Positions 31,005-33,986 of a stretch of 33,986 nt of DNA are shown piece after piece. Source of the stretch: Bacillota bacterium (GTDB lineage Bacteria > Bacillota > Clostridia > Peptostreptococcales > Anaerovoracaceae); the NCBI GenBank assembly GCA_017621195.1, contig JAGATO010000324.1, positions 1 to 33,986 of the forward strand, read 5' to 3'. Both the position numbers and the translations under genes were made by a program. Positions within the stretch are counted from its first letter, which is position 1, and each line of letters starts with the position of its first letter. The notes beneath the pieces were generated by a model, which ran no database searches, was not told the origin of the DNA, and saw only the letters and a program-made list of their open reading frames with translations.

Positions 31005-33986
31005 CTACCTGCCCTCTTCGGCAGCCCACTGCTGCTCCAGAGCGGCGATTTTCTCTTCGCGTTCCTTCTTCTTCACATCGCGGCGCTGACGACGGTCGTC
31101 GTTGGCTGCGTACATGACCGGAACCAGAACCAGGGCACCGATGGTGGAGCCCACCAGACCGCCCATGATGGATACGCCCATGGGAGCCAGGATCTCGCCG
31201 CCGTCACCCAGACCGAGGGACATGGGGATCATGCCCACGATGGTGGTCAGCGTCGTCATCAGAATGGGACGCAGACGGGTGCGCCCGGCTTCCACGATGG
31301 CTTCATCACGGCCCATGGTTTCGGAATTGATCTTGATGAATTCCACCAGCAGAATCGAGTTGTTGACTACGATACCGATCAGGATGACCAGGCTGGTGAA
31401 CGAAATGATGGACAGCCGCATTCCCGTAAAGAACAGGGCCAGGAAGGCGCCGGACATGGCGAAGGGAACGGCCATCATGACGATCAGAGGCAGAACCAGA
31501 GATTCAAACTGAGCTGCCAACAGCATGTAGACCAGCAGAATGGCTACGATCAGAGCCAGAAACAGCTGGCCGAAGGCTTCGGTCATCTGCTCCTGCTGAC
31601 CACCGTTGTCGTAGTAGTAACCCTCCGGGAAGGGATAGGTTTCCAACACTCGGTTCACATCTCTGGATACGGTACCCAGGTCCGTGTTGTCATCGGTGCT
31701 GGCGGTCAGAGTGATCATCCGCGTCTGATTCTGATGATAGATCTGGGTGGGCGAGTTGTCGAATTCAAAGTCGGCCAGCTGCCCTACGGGAACGGAAGTT
31801 CCTCTGGCCGTGGGAACCATGATCTGTTTCATGTTATCCACGGTCTTTCCGTAGGTATCGTTCAGCGACAGGTTGATCTCGATTTCTTCGCCGTCCACCT
31901 TCAGCTTGGTGGCTGTGCTTCCCGACAGGGAAGATTCCAGCGCGTTGGCCAGCTGGTAGGCGGTGATGCCGTAGTTGGCGGCAACGGAGCGGTTCAGCTT
32001 GACGCGGATCTCGGGGTTGCCCTCGGTGACGTCAGTGGACGCCTCGGCGATACCGTCGATCTGTTCGATCTGCGCCGCCAGTTCATTTCCCACGTTTTCC
32101 AGAATTTCAAAATCGGTTCCGTACAGGTACAGGGAGATTTCGCTTCCACCCATCATGGCGGACATCATGGAAGACTCGGCTACGGTGATATCCACACCGG
32201 CCACGGTGGAGAACTGCTTTTCTACATCCTTGACAATATCGGCGGTGCTGCGCTTTCTCTGCGTCTTATCCGTCAGAGAAACGGACAGGGTAGACGAGGT
32301 GGTCTGACCGCCCAGGAAGGAAGAGGAGGAGATGTCCACGGACACGTGCTCCGCTTCGGGAATGGTCAGCAGGTATTCTTCCAGCTGAGAGACGACGGCA
32401 TTGCGGTCTTCCAGAGAAGAACCGTAGGGAGAATCCACCGTAACGGTGAAGCTGCCTTCATCGCTGGCGGGGATCAGCTCCGCGCCTACCATCAAAAGCA
32501 GCGACAGGGACAGGATGAAGATGGCGCCACAGGCCACAACCGTGCGGCGACGGCGCTTCAGCGCTGCCCGGATCACGTCCGTATAGAACAGGGAAAGGCT
32601 GTCGATGACCTTTGTGAACTTGGGGACCAGACGGAATTTATATCGCCTTGTACCGATGCGCATATAATCGGTGGAAACGTCTCTGCGCAGGATCTTGGAA
32701 CACAGCATGGGAACCACGGTCATGGATACCGCCAGAGAAGCCAGCAGTGCGAAGATGATGGTGAAGCAGAAGTCCTTGAAGACCATGCCAGCCATACCGC
32801 CGCTCAGGGCGATGGGCAGATAGACCACGATGCTGGTCAGGGTAGAGGCCACGACGGACAGGAAGACCTGCTTGCTGCCCAGAATGGAAGCCTGGTAGGG
32901 ATCGTTCAGATCCTGGTTGGTGCGGTAGATGTTTTCCAATACGACGATGGAGTTATCCACCAGCATACCGACGCCCAGGGTCAGACCGCACAGCGTCAGC
33001 ATGTTCAGCGTCATTCCCGTGTAGTTCATCAGAATGAAGGTGGCCAGGAAGGACGTGGGAATGGAGATGGCGATGATGGCCGTGGAGCCCAGGTTACGCA
33101 GGAAGAGGAACACCACGATGATCGCCAGGATACCACCGGTGACGGCGGAGCTGGCCACGGAGGATACCGAGTTCTGGATGTAGTCCGCCTGGTCAAAGCC
33201 GATGGTGAAGGTCAGGTCGGGGTTGGTCTTTTCCAGAGTTCGAATCATCTTCTGTACAGCCTTGGATACTTCCACCGTATTGGAGGAGGACTGCTTCATA
33301 ATGGACAGACTGATGGCCGTATTGCCGTCGATGCGGCTGATGGAATCCTGCTCCTGATACTGTTCCTGCACAGTGGCAATGTCGCCCAGACGGACGATTT
33401 CGCCGGTGGCAAGAGTGATGGGGTAGCGGCGGACGTCCTCCACCGATTCGAATTCACCGATGGTGCGGACGATCAGCTCCGTGCTGCCCCTGTTGATGTT
33501 TCCGCTGGGGCGGTTCAGGTTTTCGGCCGCCAGCATCTGGCTGATGGTGGACATGGACAGGCCGTAGCCCAACAGCCGCTCCTGATCCAGGGTGACGGCA
33601 ACCTCCGTTTCCAGACCGCCGGTGACGGTGACGGAGGCAACGCCGGAGGCCCGCTCGAAGGAGCTGACCACGGATTCGTCCACCCGGTTATACAGCTGAT
33701 CCAGCGACATGTCGCCGGAGACGTACACCTGCATGACAGGAGTGGAATTCATGTTCATCTTCATGATCATGGGGTCGGAAGAGTTATCCGGCAGATACCC
33801 TTCCACCAGAGCCACCTTTTCTCTCATATCCAGGGTGGCAAAGTTCATATCCGTGTCCATTTCAAACTGGACCATGACGACGGAGCTTCCGGCCATGGTC
33901 ATGGAGACCATGGTGTCCAGCCCTTCCACTGAGGCGAGAGCGCCTTCAATGGGCTCTGTGATCATGGTCTCCACTTCCTCCGGAGA
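31005..33986 (-). CDS. RND (AcrB/HAE-type) efflux transporter permease, 5' end outside the window
   Basis: The frame is open to the window edge, with at least 993 codons in the window. RND-typical porter and TM repeats (e.g. LGVGMLVDNSIVVLENI, IGIVVNNSILLVEFI). Stop TAG at 31005-31007. Confidence 0.9.
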   Translation of the reverse strand, partial: SPEEVETMITEPIEGALASVEGLDTMVSMTMAGSSVVMVQFEMDTDMNFATLDMREKVALVEGYLPDNSSDPMIMKMNMNSTPVMQVYVSGDMSLDQLYNRVDESVVSSFERASGVASVTVTGGLETEVAVTLDQERLLGYGLSMSTISQMLAAENLNRPSGNINRGSTELIVRTIGEFESVEDVRRYPITLATGEIVRLGDIATVQEQYQEQDSISRIDGNTAISLSIMKQSSSNTVEVSKAVQKMIRTLEKTNPDLTFTIGFDQADYIQNSVSSVASSAVTGGILAIIVVFLFLRNLGSTAIIAISIPTSFLATFILMNYTGMTLNMLTLCGLTLGVGMLVDNSIVVLENIYRTNQDLNDPYQASILGSKQVFLSVVASTLTSIVVYLPIALSGGMAGMVFKDFCFTIIFALLASLAVSMTVVPMLCSKILRRDVSTDYMRIGTRRYKFRLVPKFTKVIDSLSLFYTDVIRAALKRRRRTVVACGAIFILSLSLLLMVGAELIPASDEGSFTVTVDSPYGSSLEDRNAVVSQLEEYLLTIPEAEHVSVDISSSSFLGGQTTSSTLSVSLTDKTQRKRSTADIVKDVEKQFSTVAGVDITVAESSMMSAMMGGSEISLYLYGTDFEILENVGNELAAQIEQIDGIAEASTDVTEGNPEIRVKLNRSVAANYGITAYQLANALESSLSGSTATKLKVDGEEIEINLSLNDTYGKTVDNMKQIMVPTARGTSVPVGQLADFEFDNSPTQIYHQNQTRMITLTASTDDNTDLGTVSRDVNRVLETYPFPEGYYYDNGGQQEQMTEAFGQLFLALIVAILLVYMLLAAQFESLVLPLIVMMAVPFAMSGAFLALFFTGMRLSIISFTSLVILIGIVVNNSILLVEFIKINSETMGRDEAIVEAGRTRLRPILMTTLTTIVGMIPMSLGLGDGGEILAPMGVSIMGGLVGSTIGALVLVPVMYAANDDRRQRRDVKKKEREEKIAALEQQWAAEEGR

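Noticed and set aside
30762-33932. 1056-aa ORF on the + strand, the longest ORF in the track
   Set aside because: It is the codon-aligned antisense frame of the RND and tetR genes; both start coordinates are 0 mod 3. Stops in that frame require TTA, CTA or TCA sense codons, which these genes simply do not use. The translation is G/D/H/Q/R-rich low complexity with no SD or family resemblance, whereas the minus strand has clear RND and TetR motifs. It is a shadow ORF that reflects codon bias.
1-33986. Scan for CRISPR arrays, IS elements, long dispersed repeats, toxin-antitoxin pairs, retron- or DGR-like elements and defence-island signatures
   Set aside because: By eye I found no regularly spaced repeats, no transposase, integrase or reverse-transcriptase-like ORFs, and no small paired ORFs outside annotated genes. 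The only repeats are the short promoter- and operator-scale ones reported above. A computational repeat search would be needed to be certain.

Overview
About 34 kb of a fairly high-GC, Gram-positive, Clostridia-like chromosome. Supporting signs are GGAGG-type Shine-Dalgarno sites, a murB-rapZ-whiA cluster, lrgAB, and near-total avoidance of TTA/CTA/TCA codons. I support 30 protein-coding genes (two cut by the window edges), one tRNA-Arg(CCG), about a dozen sigma-A-like promoters and several hairpin terminators. I saw no rRNA, CRISPR array, IS/transposase, integrase, phage or recognisable defence genes. Left to right: a class I aminotransferase divergent from lrgAB; an M23 peptidase; an aminotransferase followed by an AEC permease; a degenerate Fic-fold protein leading murB-PHP-rapZ-[BKACE]-whiA; a ThrE-type exporter; a class V PLP enzyme; an FAH-family enzyme; a secreted SAM_HAT_C-like/Tyr-phosphatase/LysM protein; tRNA-Arg; a 10-gene, 11-kb operon; a DEAD-box helicase; and the 3' part of an RND efflux gene followed by tetR. 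The 10-gene operon encodes a YheO-type regulator, an OCD/mu-crystallin enzyme, an Opp/Dpp-type ABC importer, a Nif3-like protein, a D-aminoacylase-type amidohydrolase and a MalY/PatB C-S lyase. This operon is the best candidate for an undescribed system, as an uptake and catabolic module for a modified, D- or thioether-type amino acid or peptide. Its chemistry is inference only. Secondary curiosities are a catalytically dead-looking Fic protein, a self-contained BKACE gene in the slot where yvcK/glmR normally lies, a 15-nt box shared by two promoters, tandem 16-nt repeats in front of the OCD gene, and a Shine-Dalgarno site separated from its start codon by a hairpin. Most other long ORFs in the six-frame track are codon-aligned antisense shadows and are rejected. 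All family calls rest on motif recognition by eye. No database search was run.
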